From assembly GCF_009914755.1 (NCBI RefSeq), contig NC_060937.1: 64,000 nt of DNA; one strand, written 5' to 3'. The translations under genes and the position numbers were made by a program. Source of the DNA: the human T2T-CHM13v2.0 reference genome, Homo sapiens. Below the pieces are notes generated by a model. The model was not told the DNA's origin. It saw nothing but the letters and a program-made list of their open reading frames with translations, and did no database searches. Shown here piece after piece: positions 14,344-26,790 of the stretch (position 1 is the stretch's first letter; each line of letters opens with the position of its first letter).

Positions 14344-14604
14344 AATTTAACATCAAGATGCTGGCATTCCCCCACGGAAGTCACATGTGTAGTGCTTTCG
14401 TTTTTGCTGTGTCAAGACCCAAACTGGGTGCACCACACAGCAACATTTGCTCTTCTTGTTGGCATTCTTCCTCCATTCTTTAACCCTGGTTTCCTTGGTT
14501 TGACCTCAATGGATACCTTAACTGCAAACTACCTTCATTGCATATTCATTGCAGGGTAATTTAAGAGATGAGGTATGAATAAATGCTACCAAGGAAGGAA
14601 AATA

Positions 14605-14815
14605 CGCATTAAGTACCTACTACATGTCAAGTACTTTCACATACTTAATTCCATTTAATCTTTGTAACATATGATATATACCATAATTTTCCATTTTGCA
14701 AATGAGAAAGTGGAGAAGTTATAAAAAATAATGAAAACTCACTCAAGGCCACACATCAAAGTAAATGACAAGATTCAAGTCCTGTGACACCTGACTCCAA
14801 AACTCACTCTTTCCA
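14605..14815 (-). mobile_element. MIR
   Basis: aagtacctactacatgtcaagtact...ccattttgcaaatgagaaagtggag...actcaaggccacac...cctgactccaaaact. Confidence 0.7.
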
Positions 14816-15943
14816 TTTCAAAATGCTACATTTGACCTATGACACACTGCTGTCCTTTACACAAGGGATAAAAAAGGGATCACTGCTCAATTTTGATTTC
14901 CTTTAAATATCCATTTTAGTTAATCAATGGTTCTCAAAATGTCCATCCTCTGACTTACACCTTACTGTATTTCTACAAAAGCAAAACCTACACGCTCCCT
15001 TCTCACATCAGAGCAGCTTACAAGTTGTAACTTAGAGACTTTAGAGGGTAAGGCCAGGGGAGGAAGAGGCCTGGCCCAAATTATCCAGGTTTATCGCTGC
15101 CTCCCCTGGAAAATCATCATTTCTTTCTTCATAGTTCTGTATTCCACAATAATTATTTCAGAGCGTTTTTTTCCCCACCAATTCTTATGATTTCTAAAAC
15201 CCCATTTTAAAGGTTACAACATTTTTAAGTTCAGTGAAACAGGTATATTTTGAGGAACTTGAAACACAAGAACGGTCATAAGCCTTCTTAGTGTTGTAAC
15301 AGGATTGTTCTACGATGTCTAAAATGGTAAAATGGTTCCATGCAGGATCAGAAAAACATTTTTAATACTATTCTTTCCCACTTAAAGAACAGAGTGGCAG
15401 TGCAGGACAATTTTTGTGTCATATTATTATAACTACCGTTTTATTTAAGTAATTACCAATTTGCCTAGCATTCTTAAAAGTCAAGCGTAGATAAGCTAGC
15501 TAACTAACCAACATTATCAATTCTCATCAGCAGTTTTTAACAGCATTAAATTAAACCACAGCTGGTAAGTGAGAATATCAAAAGATTAACATTCTTAAGT
15601 TGGTATGAGTTTTTAATACTAATCATAAGCAGTCCTAAAATTAGGTGAATAACTGTTATAATAACTTAATAAGAAACAGTTTTAATGACAAAGTCCCACC
15701 AGAAATACTCTTCCTTATTCAAAAGAGAATTAGAACATCAAACACTTTCACCACAAATATTTCTATAGGAGACATTTGAGATGATGGAACTATCAAAGCC
15801 AGGTTCTTTTGATCACGAAGGTCAAAACATCTCTCCTTGCTCTGAAACCTGCTGTGCTTTGTCCTATCAGAGTCCTTCCCATTCCCTGCTGGCACCTCAG
15901 CCAAGTGCTGCAGAACGGAGAAGCACGTTATTTTAAGCCTTAC

Positions 15944-16174
15944 CTTCAGATAGGATCCATAATATTTGGTTACATATGGACTGTCACACTGACTCAGCAC
16001 TGTGATTTCTTGTTGAATGTCCTCTATCTCATCTTCAGCTTCTTCCAGATCAATGATCTTTATGGCAACCACTTTCTGAGTCCGATTGTCAATGCCTTTG
16101 AACACCTCTCCAAAGGAGCCCTTCCCAATTTTCTCTAGTTTTGTAAAAAGCTCTTCTGGGTCTGCCTTTAGGTT
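15944..16174 (-). CDS. STK24: STK24/MST3 shared coding exon (exon 2): N-lobe of the Ste20-family kinase domain
   Basis: 231 nt, 77 codons: [77 protein letters not shown], with GxGxxG loop, VAIK lysine and alphaC Glu. Acceptor ttttctctttcttctctctacag|AAC and donor AAG|gtaagg on the minus strand, phase 0-0. Matches the recalled human MST3 sequence. Confidence 0.97.
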
Positions 16175-16889
16175 CTGTAGAGAGAAGAAAGAGAAAAGGG
16201 AAACTTTAGTCCCTCATAGCACCACAACTCCTTTGTCAATTTTATGTGTAATGTTATAGACCACACTGTCTTCCAGGGACTCATCTATTTTCTGTGTCCA
16301 GCATCAGGCTGGTGGTGACCACAGCTCTGCAGGTTCAGGACATAAGATTCCTAGGTCTCACCTACACATGCGCATCAGACTATGAAAGGCAGCAAGCGTA
16401 CAATAAGAACAATCACCCAGCTAGATTAGAAAACATGGAAAAAATGCCAACTTTTGTATAATGAGGGTAAATTAAAATCTAAGCACTTATTGGAATGTTA
16501 GGATACACAGACTTATCGAAAAATCACTTTTGTCTAAGCAAAAATTCACTTTTCTCCATACCCAATCCCCAAAAGTTCCTGAATTCAAATGAATTTTTAC
16601 TAAAATGTTAACCAGCTATATCACAGAACAGAAAAAAAAACGTATACCGTAACTATGCATCTTCATGAATAGTACTGCCTTCACCAAAACAATAACAATC
16701 TAACCAGATTCCAGAAAACAATAAGCAGCCTGTTTTGTCACATACATGCTGTACCCTGGAAATAGCCTCTAAAAGCTCTTAACCACCTGATTAGTTACAC
16801 ATACATATATAGTATACATTTCTAAGAAGGCTAGCTGTCAGAGCTCAAGCTCTCATCCTAACAGCTACACAGTACAGAGTCGTGTGAAC

Positions 16890-17057
16890 AGCTGAGTTCT
16901 CAAAGGGGGCAGTAACCTGTCATCCACAGGGCCTGTTTGTCAGGAAACTGAGAAGCAATCCCGATGTTTAGCAAGGCAAGACAGGGACGCTGCATATCTC
17001 CCCACAAATAACTGCCCAGCTCAAAATGCCAATGGCACCCCGGTGACAAGCACTAGC
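16890..17057. mobile_element. MER20-like relic
   Basis: gttctcaaagggggcagt...agggacgctgc...cagctcaaaatgccaatggcacc. Confidence 0.5.
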
Positions 17058-18439
17058 CTGGAACCCCACAGAGCAAGGAAGGACTCTAAGAGACACCACT
17101 GCTGCAGACACATCTTCCCTCAGAAATGGTCCATAGAAGGAACAGAACGCCAGGCCAACCCTCCAAATCTATGAGTCCTTTGAAGAAGCTGAACTACTAG
17201 GAAAAGGAACAAGCACAGGGAGGAGAGGGAGGCCTGAAAAGGAGGTAAAGAAAGAGAATGAGGAGAAGAAAGATGACACAGAAGAGGGTATCCAGAGTGG
17301 TGCATGTGAGGTGGGTCACACACACAACACTGCAGCAACGGCGGTGCCTCATGAGTGACGTGAGCCTCAGGGCCCATCAGGGGCCACCCAGCCACAGCTC
17401 TCCAAGGTGAGACACACTGAGTTCCGAGCAGCTGCTCTCCAAGAGAACTGTTGAAAGCCAGTCAGCCCATTTCTGGTTTGCAGGCCTTACAGTGCTACAG
17501 CGTGTCCACCATGGCAACAACGCACATATCGCCACAATGACACACGAGCAGATAGCCACAGTGACCTCCTGCACACAGGGGCGCAGAGCCCCTGCCCCAT
17601 GTTTGTTTGAGGCTGCACATCAAACAATGCAAAAGCTCACAAAACCCACCAACCATCTTAGTACAAAATGAACCAAGGCTTGCGTGGTGGACATATACCC
17701 AACGGGAAATGCGTCCTGGGGTTACCAAGAGAGCAGGACAGGCCAGAGGCCAGACACTGAGTGCTCAGCCCACACCGGAAGGTCATGGCCAGCGTAATCC
17801 GAGGTCTAACGAGCGGCCAGGGATTACAAGGACTACAGTTTTAGCCATGATCCCCCTTGGCTCCTAAAACGCTACACAAACATCCACTGTGTTAAAAATC
17901 AACCTATCTATCCAACTTCCACTTAAAGTACTGCACTAAACATATCAATTGGGTGATTAATCGAGAGGCATTTAATTTTTTTCCTGAACAATTGCTCAAT
18001 TGTTTTCAGTCACGGCACTACATTTCAAATGTCTTATGACGGTCATACTTAGGAGGAAGCCTGGCTGTGTGTTTACAGGTTTTAAAAAACACAGTCCAAG
18101 ACTCCTGGGTTTACCAAGATAGTCAATGACCCACAATCAAAGCCCAGGATAATTTTTTCAAGTGAAGACTGTTTTTGGAGCTCGTGAGCAGCCCTACAAC
18201 ATCCTCCTCTTCCTATTTTCAAGCTTATCAATACCCCAGGCTGAGTATCACCAGTCACTTTTGGGAATGCCACAGAATGCCCGGGTGGGTACCTCCCACC
18301 TGACTCCCCCTACACGCGGCCTTGAACCTGCACCTCCACCTCCTCTAACACAAGCTGCTAGGATGAGCAGCTTTCGGGGATGCGGGGGAAGCAGCGCATC
18401 CTTTTTTAGCTATAATGAAACATACCCCGTTTTCAGCAG

Positions 18440-19010
18440 CTACTATCCTCGCTGCTTTCATGCCCTCTCCCTTACCGTGCTCCCTCCAGGATGAGGTAGA
18501 GTGGCCCTCCTTTTATTCAAGGCCAGTCCCCAAAGCTGGGCTCTGGAGTCCATCCTTCTCTCCTCCAGGATAAGGCTTCGTCAGTAACCCCCTTCTCGCT
18601 CCTTCTTCCATTCACCCCTCTCTGCTGGCTCTCTGCCCTTGGCAACATGCTCCAGTTTCTCCCATTTAAAACAAACGAAAGCACTCTCCCTAACCCAAAG
18701 CCCTCCTCCTCCACTCTCTCCTTCCTCTGGAGTCCCTTCAAAGTCATCTGGACCTGCCCGGTCCTCCCCACCACTGCAGCCTGGCTCCGCTCTGGATCCG
18801 GTCACCAGTGCTGCAATGTCGTGTCTGAGCCTTGTCAACCACGCCCTCCCCCTCCTCTGGGTAACTTTCCAGTCCTTTAGCATCCACAGCCCCACTCCCG
18901 CTGGCTTCTTCCAGTCCCTCTAGTTCCAGAAGGATCTTCACGCAGACTCCACCTTGGCTGGCCCTTACTCTAGGTCCCAGCCTGGGCCTCTACTCCTTCT
19001 CCCCAGGGGT
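18440..19010 (+). mobile_element. LINE-2 ORF2 internal fragment overlapping the MST3b exon in antisense
   Basis: Colinear blocks resembling the recalled L2 consensus: ccctccttttattcaaggccagtcccc...gctctggagtccatccttctc; ctctctgctggctctctgccc...aacatgctccagtttctcccatttaaaa; ggtcaccagtg; caaccacgccctccccctcctc...ccccactcccgctggcttcttcc. Confidence 0.7.
18476..18553 (-). CDS. STK24: STK24 alternative first coding exon (MST3b isoform N-terminus, 26 aa)
   Basis: The minus strand reads ATG GAC TCC AGA GCC CAG CTT TGG ... GGA GGG AGC ACG|gtaagg = MDSRAQLWGLALNKRRATLPHPGGST, the recalled MST3b N-terminus. It has a good Kozak context (AGGATGG), an in-frame TGA 27 nt upstream (18581-18583) and a phase-0 donor that joins exon 2 in frame. 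Too short for the ORF track. Confidence 0.93.
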
Positions 19011-19100
19011 GCCCGGTAGTTTCAGGGTCTGGGGCCCTTGTTTCCCAAACCTGCCCGAACAGAACCACCTAGGACATCTGACATTCTTGCAGAAATATAT
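18554..19100 (-). promoter_or_regulatory. STK24: Putative 5'UTR/internal promoter region of the MST3b isoform
   Basis: Positional inference only: immediately upstream of the MST3b ATG. No TATA box or CpG island was recognised and the TSS cannot be placed from sequence. Confidence 0.4.
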
Positions 19101-19688
19101 GGGAGTTCAGAAGAGGAGGTGAATAATCCATGTTTTTAAAACACCCCAATGGATTCTGATCAATTGCCACCTTGAAGGAAAGGCTGTGTTAAAGACTCAC
19201 GTACATGACAGCTTTCAAAGCGCTAGCTCAGGCCTTCCTTCTGAACAGGAACCCCCCAGACCAGCTGCTTCCCAAGCATTCTCTCTTTCTACCCAGACAT
19301 CTCTAGCTCAACATGTGTGCACGGAATTTGCCACTTCCCCTGCTGGACTGTCCTCCCACAGTAGCCCTCTGCTCTGCGCTGTCTCCTTTGCTCAGCTGCA
19401 AGCTGAAGAGTCAGGGGCTGTGTCTCACGCACCTCTACACCCCTGTGCCCAGGTATGATAAGTGGCATGGGACTGTGGTCAGTAAACATCCCCTGAGCAA
19501 TAAGAAAACCCCAGACTCACCCTGGCTCGAACAGGACCCAGGTCAGACACCTCAAAGCCTATCCTACACACAGACAGGGGGTCCTGGAGGGAAGGGGAAA
19601 GCCCTTCCTGCTGACAAGGGCGAGAGGGGTGCTAACAGCCTGCCTTCCTGAGGTCAGGAGAGCCGGTTAGCACTGTCATTCCCGGGAG

Positions 19689-19860
19689 CAGTGATTCTCA
19701 GACCTGGGTGAGCCTCACACTCCCCTGGAAGGCTTGTTAGGCCACAGAGCCCCATCCTACGAAGAATTTCTGATTCAGTCAACCGGGGGTGGGCCCAAGA
19801 ATTGGAATCCCGGGGTGAGGGAGATGCTGCTGGTCCAGGGACCACACCTGGAGAACCACC
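19689..19860. mobile_element. MER5A hAT DNA transposon
   Basis: cagtgattctcag...gaatttctgattcagt...gggtgggcccaagaatt...gatgctgctggtccagggaccacacctggagaaccac. Confidence 0.8.
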
Positions 19861-20069
19861 ACTCGGCACAGGCTGGGACAGGAGGCCAAGCAGCCCCAAC
19901 ATGCCACTAAAACACCATCATGTTAGGTCAACTCATCACCCCCTCCAGTAAACTGTCCCGCTCCCATACTAAGAGTGGCCTTTCCTTTCTGAGACTTAAT
20001 TTTAAAAACAGGCGACAAGAATTTATCCAAACCCTTACCACATTGTTGAGGACCCTGTGGGAGACTGTT

Positions 20070-20535
20070 ACAAAAATAACCACCCATAAATCCCACCTCT
20101 CTGGGTCCACACCCCTATGAATGTGACTTGGGCACTCCTCCCAGCAAGAGACAGTGGCTGCCGCCCTGGCCCTTGAACCTGGGCTAGTCTTGCTCTGTGT
20201 TCTGATGAACATAATCTAAGCAAGGCCCCAAGAGGACTTGCAGAGCTCCCTCCAGAGGGACGTGACCATGAGGCAGTGGAGAGCTGGCAATCGAAAATGG
20301 TGTGGTCAGAAAGACAATGACATCCGCCCACTTCCTCGACGCCAGCTGAGCTCCCAGGATGTGCCTCAAGTCATCCTGGGCCACCTGGCCTCAACCATGC
20401 CATTAGCTGACTGCAGAGAGCCCAGAAAAGGCCAGCAAAACTGCTCAATCCACAGAATCACGAGAAATCGTGAGCCTGCTGTTTTGGCCACTCGGTTTTG
20501 GTTGGCTTGCTACTCAACAATAGGCAACTAATACA
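20070..20535 (+). mobile_element. MaLR LTR (MLT1G/H-like)
   Basis: aatgtgacttgggcactcctcccagcaagag...atccacagaatcacgagaaat...gttttggttggcttgctactcaacaataggcaactaataca. Confidence 0.7.
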
Positions 20536-20889
20536 GAAACTGATGCTAGAAGCTGGGCACTGCCCCAGCGGAGGCCCCGACGGCCCATGCTTGACTCTAG
20601 GTCAGAACTGCTGCAGCCCATCTGTTGTGAGATGCCTCCATCCCTGCCCTCTTTGAAGAGGAGTCTCTGTGGCCGCCCCACTCTTCCTGTCCCACAATTC
20701 TTGTTGAGCTGAGGCTCTCTGAATCAAGAGCTGGCAGCCCGTCCACACCCAGCCCCAAAGCAGGCAGGGCACGCAGACCCTTGAGTCAGACGCTGTGCCA
20801 GGAGGGAAGTGAGGAGATGCTGGATGGAAGAGCATCTCTTGCATGTGTGAGGGGCATGAACCCTGGGGACCGGAAGGCAACCCTGTGGA

Positions 20890-21393
20890 TTGTTACAATA
20901 ATGGCACTAATAACCCATCCCTTGTGTCTACACCCCCACCCCCCGAGACTTTGCCTGCTGCTCCCATAAGAGCAGCCCACACCTTGAACCACCTGGCCTG
21001 TGGTTCCTGTGCTGGTGTACCCTCTCCAAGGTCAAGCCTCAAGGGACCCCGCAGTGTTCGCTCTGCCTCCTGGAAGGCCTCCATCAGCAGCATGTGGAGA
21101 GGCCTGTTCTAGACACTGGAGAGGCCACGTGGAAGAGAGCACGGCACCGGATAAACATGCAGCCAACTGCTAGACCTGGGGCGAGACACGCAGCCTTCCT
21201 CGCTGCCTCTGCTGAACCCAGGCCCCAGACACTCTCCAGCTGGCCACAGCCACACGAATGCACCTCAGCCAGGCGGGTGGAAAAACCACCCATTCACCCC
21301 AAGGAATGGTGAGAAATGCTAAATCGTTATTGTTTTAGGTTGCTAAGTGATATAGCGGTTTCTTGGTTTCTTATACAACAACAGATAATAGAA
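20890..21393 (+). mobile_element. MaLR LTR (MLT1G-like)
   Basis: gagaggccacgtggaagaga...gccaactgctagac...gtgagaaatgctaaatcgttattgttttagg...caacaacagataatagaa. Confidence 0.65.
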
Positions 21394-23034
21394 TTCAACA
21401 GAAACCACTGCGGGAGAAAAGTGTCTATGGGGTGTCAGGGGTAGACAGATGTTCCAGATTCTGGAATGTTTTAGTAACCTGCCTGTTTTCCTTTTGCCTG
21501 GACCAAGACGGCTTAGAAAACAGCAATTTTCACTCTTTTACTATTGTCCCAAAAGACGTTTCCAGGCGTACGGCACCTGTACAATAAAGGGTCACTGCAT
21601 TGTCTCAATCTGCTCAAGCACGGCGACTTTCAGAACCCCTGGCCTCTGTGTCAGCAGCTGTAGGCCAGGCTAAAAATTACCCCTGGCAAGAAGGCAGCCA
21701 TCTGCTGAGGCCGGGGCAATGGGGCACTCAATAAAGCAGGGTTCCCTGCGCGGGCAGCCCTGCCCTTTGGCAATTCTTGCACGGGTTCATTACCATACTG
21801 TGTCCCCCATGGCCAGAAGAAAAATCAATGCCAAAGAGGCCCTCTTTCAAATAAGAACCTTGAGATTCTGCTGCCAGAATTTGCTCACCGAGGAAAGTAG
21901 ATTTCCTTGGCAAAAAAGGCACAATTCTGCCAGCCTTCTTGATAATTTCCTTTTTAGAAGGGTTTGGGCTGAACTAAGCACCGGCTATGGCCTCAGATTG
22001 GAAAGGCCTGGGGCCCCTCAACCCCACAGCCCGTGCCTGAAAGGAAGCAAAGCCTAAGCCAGGGCAAGGCAGGAGAATCAGGACGCCCAAGGGCTCCGCC
22101 TTTTCTGAAGCAGTGGGAGGTCAGGACACATGGACAACCCCCGCTCCCCAACATTCCCCTCCAAAGTCACCTCCCCTAGGGCAAGAAGACTAGGGGATGG
22201 GGGCGGGGATGGGAGCAGCCTGCACACAGCACCCCCTCCCCAGGCCCTGGACTCAGCACTCAAAAATATCAATTAGATGCCTTGTCCCTACAGTGGAGCC
22301 GGGCTCGCCACCCCGGTATAGGCAGGAGGATCGGCTTCTCTATGACCAAGGGAAGCACAAGGGAGTGACTTCCCCTTCCCGAGCTCACCGAGCCTCGAGC
22401 CCCACAAGCCGCCTCACACTGATGAGCCCTGGGGCTTGCTCCTCTGAGGAAAGGGTTCAGGGATAAAAAGACAATGATAAATAATAGTATCTATCTCTGC
22501 ATTAAGGGCAACTGAGAGTGAGGATCCAGCACCTGTGGAGGTGTCTGACACATCCCATGCAGGGTCTGAATAGAAGGCACTCGAATACTGATTTCTCTAC
22601 TCACAACTTTCCAATTCCCTAAAATCCCCCCAAGAATTTTAACAGCCCAACTTCCCCTTCTGGGGGACCTCGGGGTTAAGAGCCACCACGCCCGCCCGAC
22701 CTGAAGGACAGGCTTTGGTTGGGTAAGTCAGGGTTGGTCAGCTGGAAAGCTGAGCGGGTGAGGGATGGTGGCTGGAGTGCGGTGGAGGGAGGAGCATTGG
22801 CAGTATGCTGGGGTGAAAGGGGCTTTCGAAACAGGTCCGTCTTTGCTTTTTCTGGTTTTTAAACAATTTTTGTCCTGTTTTCTCTCAGTCTTCTTTCTGT
22901 GAACAGATGCTTTGTCCTTTGTCAAGCTGTATGTATAATTTTTTTCGTGGATGCAAAATTGTTGTCTCAGTGTCCCAATATGACTCAGGCATTTTCCCCC
23001 TGCAGTGCACACAGCGTGTAGCCAGCCTAATAGG

Positions 23035-23270
23035 AGTGGATTTATTGAGGGTGTACTTGTTCCAGGCTCTGGGTCAGGAGCTTTACATGAACTGTCTCAG
23101 CACATTCTCATGACAAAGCTAAGAGGAAAGTACTTCTGTCTACCTCATTTTACAGATGAGCAAACTGAGCAGAAGAGATATTGAGTATCTTGCCCTTGGT
23201 CCCAGAGCTGGCAGAGGGCGGTGGAGGGGTTTGAACCTAGCCAGCAAGCTCCTGTCTCCTCACTGTACTA
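23035..23270 (-). mobile_element. MIR
   Basis: atttattgagggtgtacttgttccaggc...cctcattttacagatgagcaaactgag...cttgcccttggtcccagagct. Confidence 0.8.
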
Positions 23271-23894
23271 GGCTTGGGACCATGTCATTAGAAACAAAAA
23301 AGCAAATATTCCATTACATGGCTGCATTCAAGTTTATTTAACTGTCTTCTGCTGCTTAATTAGGTAGCCTTTACTTCTTTTTAAATTTTATTCTGTTTTT
23401 CAAGAAACTTGGGTTGTGCATTTCTGCTGTGGGGAGGAGTGAGTGAGTGACCGCTTGTCAGCTCCTGGCCAAGACTTGGGAAACGTGATTGGAAAGGACC
23501 ACAAATGGCTTCCTGGAATTTGCTCATCAGCTTCATGGCCCATCCCAGTAGTGCGGGTGTAGAACACGTTATTCAGATATGCAGGACCACTGTCCACAGG
23601 CGCGTTTTCATGAGACGCTTGCCAGGTGGAAATCGGCCTGCTGATACCGACCCCATGTGAGGATAACACGCCCATATGGTCACTCTGTGTATGTGTCAGA
23701 TTCCCTGAGAAGAGGCAGTGACATATATCGATACACACTCGGAAGTAGAAATTTGTTTTGTAATTCTCATCGGCATCCTTTTGGAGTTTATTTCCATTTT
23801 GTGTAGATGTGGGCCTATCACTCTTCACAGGGAATGGCCAGCCACTGAGAATAACTGAAAAATCAGAGGGCCCATGTATGTGTGCACACAGCAG

Positions 23895-24016
23895 AGCTGG
23901 GCGTGGTGGCTCACACCTGTAATCCCAGCACCTTGGGAGGCCCACAGATCACTTGAGATAAGGAGTTTGGGACCAGCCTAGGCAACAAAGTGAGACCTCA
24001 GCTATACCAAAAAAAA
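23895..24016 (+). mobile_element. Alu left monomer (FLAM-like)
   Basis: gctgggcgtggtggctcacacctgtaatcccagcac...gaccagcctaggcaacaaagtgagacc followed by an A-tail. Confidence 0.88.
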
Positions 24017-25929
24017 GTCTGCCCTTCTCCCTCCACTTCATCTAAAAAGCCCAGAGATGGAGATGACATCTGATTCCAGTGGCCAAGACCCCACCCCAAT
24101 TAGAGCGGTGGGAACATGTGGCCTGCAAAGGGGCAAGGTGCCGGGAATCATGCTCCGCGGGCCACCAGTGAGGACGAAAGTTAAGACCTCAAAGGCCAGA
24201 TCAGAGTCAAGAGCATCCGAGGGAGCCCTGACACAGAGGCTGTGCCCACACCTGGGCAACTCTCCCACGGGCCACCGGCACCCCCTTCCCCACTCTTCTC
24301 TGAACCCACCTCCATGTGCCCCTGTGCCTTGAACGACTGGGGAGGGCACACAGGCCCCGCAGGCAAACCTGAGCGGGGAGGCTCCTGGATGCAGAGGACA
24401 CGGGACCAGGACCGGGTGAGCCACAAGGGAGGTGGGGGGCCCAGCACTGCCTCACCAGCACCACCCAGCCACAGACGCAGAGCCAGCGGCCACGGGAGAC
24501 CAGAGGGGTTCAGAGGCACACCGTCGAAAATCCCAAAACAAGGGGAGGGACAGTCATCACCTGCTTTATTGGAACAAATGTCCCCTGCTGTGACTGCAGC
24601 CCCAGTTCATGCTGGCGTCTTGCAGCCCCGCCAGCTCCTGTACCTCTCTGGGCCTGACTCAACGGCAGAAAGCAAAAGGAGAGCTCTGGGGGCGATGGTC
24701 TCCTCAGCCACAGCTCCCTAGGCTAATAATCAGGCCTCCGCAAAGCTGGAGAGAGCCGTCTCCATCAGGCTGACCCCTGGGTTCCCACTGGGCCACCGGA
24801 CTCTCATTCATGAGGATATGCAGGTTGGCCCAGGGCGGGAGGTCCAGGACAGACCCGGGCCCATCAGTCTCGGGCTCCCTTCACAGACTACACAGAACGG
24901 CCATGACCTGGGGGTTTGCCTGGCCAATGTCATGACCACACCTACCTTGCAAGGCGAAAACCTAAATGAATGAGAAAGACAGATGGAGGTATCTTCTGAT
25001 TTACAGACTGATTCTGCGCTCAATGAGAACGCCAGAAGGTGGGTGTTTTCCTGCTCCCTCTCATCTCACAAAACATGGTCCCCTCAGCCCAGTCTAGGTG
25101 GGGGGCAAAACCAGCAACTCCAGCCAGGCCTCCAGGGTTCCGGCTCCTTTGAGGAGAAAACCCAAGTGCGAAGTATCCTATTACCCACCCAAGAGTTACA
25201 AAGACAATTCCGAAGCTCTGCCCTTCTGCAGCTCAGAAGCAGGGCCATTCCACAATACAACACAACACTTTATTATATTCCATAATCCCTTGAAAGAATT
25301 CTTTAAAATTGTTCTATGATGACTGAAGTATTTTATATTTTTAAACCTGAATAGCTGTCATCATCTTCTTTTGATCATTTCTGGCAATGAAAAATGCATG
25401 TGGCATTACCAATCAACTTTCAGTGTTACTCAGCTCCAAATGTACCACTTGCACAGTCAAACCACACTCAACTACTCTGGTTGAAACCAAGCTTCTCTAC
25501 GCTTTTCCATGAAAACAAAAAGAAACTGAGGGTGACGTGCTCTAATACCCGGTACTTCTCACACCACTATCCCTACTGGAGCGGGCGGGAGGATGCTGGA
25601 AGGAAGCTGAGCCTGGAGCAGGGAAGGGGAGTTGGCTGCAGGCACGGACTCTCACCACTCTGGCCTTGGCAAGCATCTCTAATGAATCACAAACACTCTC
25701 CTAGAGCTGAACCGAGCCTCAGAATCTACTCACCCCAGCCAGTCACCACCGATTTGGCCAACTGGGCACGCAGGTGGAAACCTACCTGTTGGCCTGTCTG
25801 GCGCTACCACCCACAGACCCATGCTGGTGGCTACCATTCCAGCTCACCCTTCCATACCCGCCGTCTCCCTCTCCCCAGGCCCCCCACCACGTGTTTCATC
25901 GTTAACAGTGTTGCTACCTACCATTTCTA

Positions 25930-26280
25930 AAGCTGGAAACCTCTGCACCCCCATTCCTCTCTCACCCCAACATGCAAACCGCGTCATGGTTCTTCCGAAG
26001 CGTCTCTCCATCCAGCCCCTTCCAGGTCACTGCCTGGCCCTCCCTCCCCCACAGCAGCAGCCTCCAACTGATCCACTTCAAGACCTGCCTGTGACCTGCT
26101 GTCAGAGTTGATCTTCCTAAAAGCTCACGGTTTCCTTCACTGCTTAAAACAACTGGGGACGACCCACTGCCCTTCACACTGAGGTCACACTCAGCTTGTG
26201 AATCTAAACCCCAAAGCTCCTTTCTAATCCCCTCACTTACCCTCTTGTCATCCAACTTCTTAATACTGTCTACAAGCGCC
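25930..26280 (+). mobile_element. L2 fragment
   Basis: Pyrimidine-rich; cagcagcctccaactgatc...gtcagagttgatcttcctaaaa...ctgcttaaaac. Confidence 0.5.
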
Positions 26281-26790
26281 AAAGGTCATATACAGTATGA
26301 GTCCCTTTATAGAAAATTCTCAAGGTGACAAAATTTGACTGGTGGAGAATAGATCCTTGGTTGCTGAGGCTGGGGTGAGGAAAAGACAAACAAACCACCA
26401 AACAGGGGGGTCCAGAGGCCCCTGTAGGTCCAGGGATGGGTGTGGTTGGGGTCCTAACACGAGGCTTCCAGAACGAGCATTCAGCCATCAAATGCAATGA
26501 CTCTACCCAACTTAAAAGGCTCCTAGGTCTAAGAAATGATGCTGGGAACTACAGAGGCAAGATCATGGCTACCAGAATTTGCAGAAATCCACGGACCTTT
26601 AAAATTGCCTTATAAAGGTAACCATTAAACCTCTTAAAATAGAAAGGGTCTACCTGCAGGGCCCAGGAAAGAAGGCTCTACTCCACTGGCACTGCTGGAG
26701 AAGGAAGCCGATGTTAGACAAAAGGCCAATTGCAGGAAAAATGACGGCAAAGAAAGAAGGCAAAAGGCACTGGCCCTGTATGTGGGTGCA

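Noticed and set aside
15719-16105. 128-aa ORF as a standalone kinase gene
   Set aside because: Only 15944-16105 is exonic. The kinase sequence stops at the AAG|gtaagg donor and the remainder (VRLKITC...) is intron read-through; the listed start is a GTG Val codon inside the exon.
23400-23945. 181-aa minus ORF and a faint ERVL pol-like motif near 23470
   Set aside because: The ORF starts in an Alu monomer and has no recognisable domain; the ERVL resemblance is too short to support.
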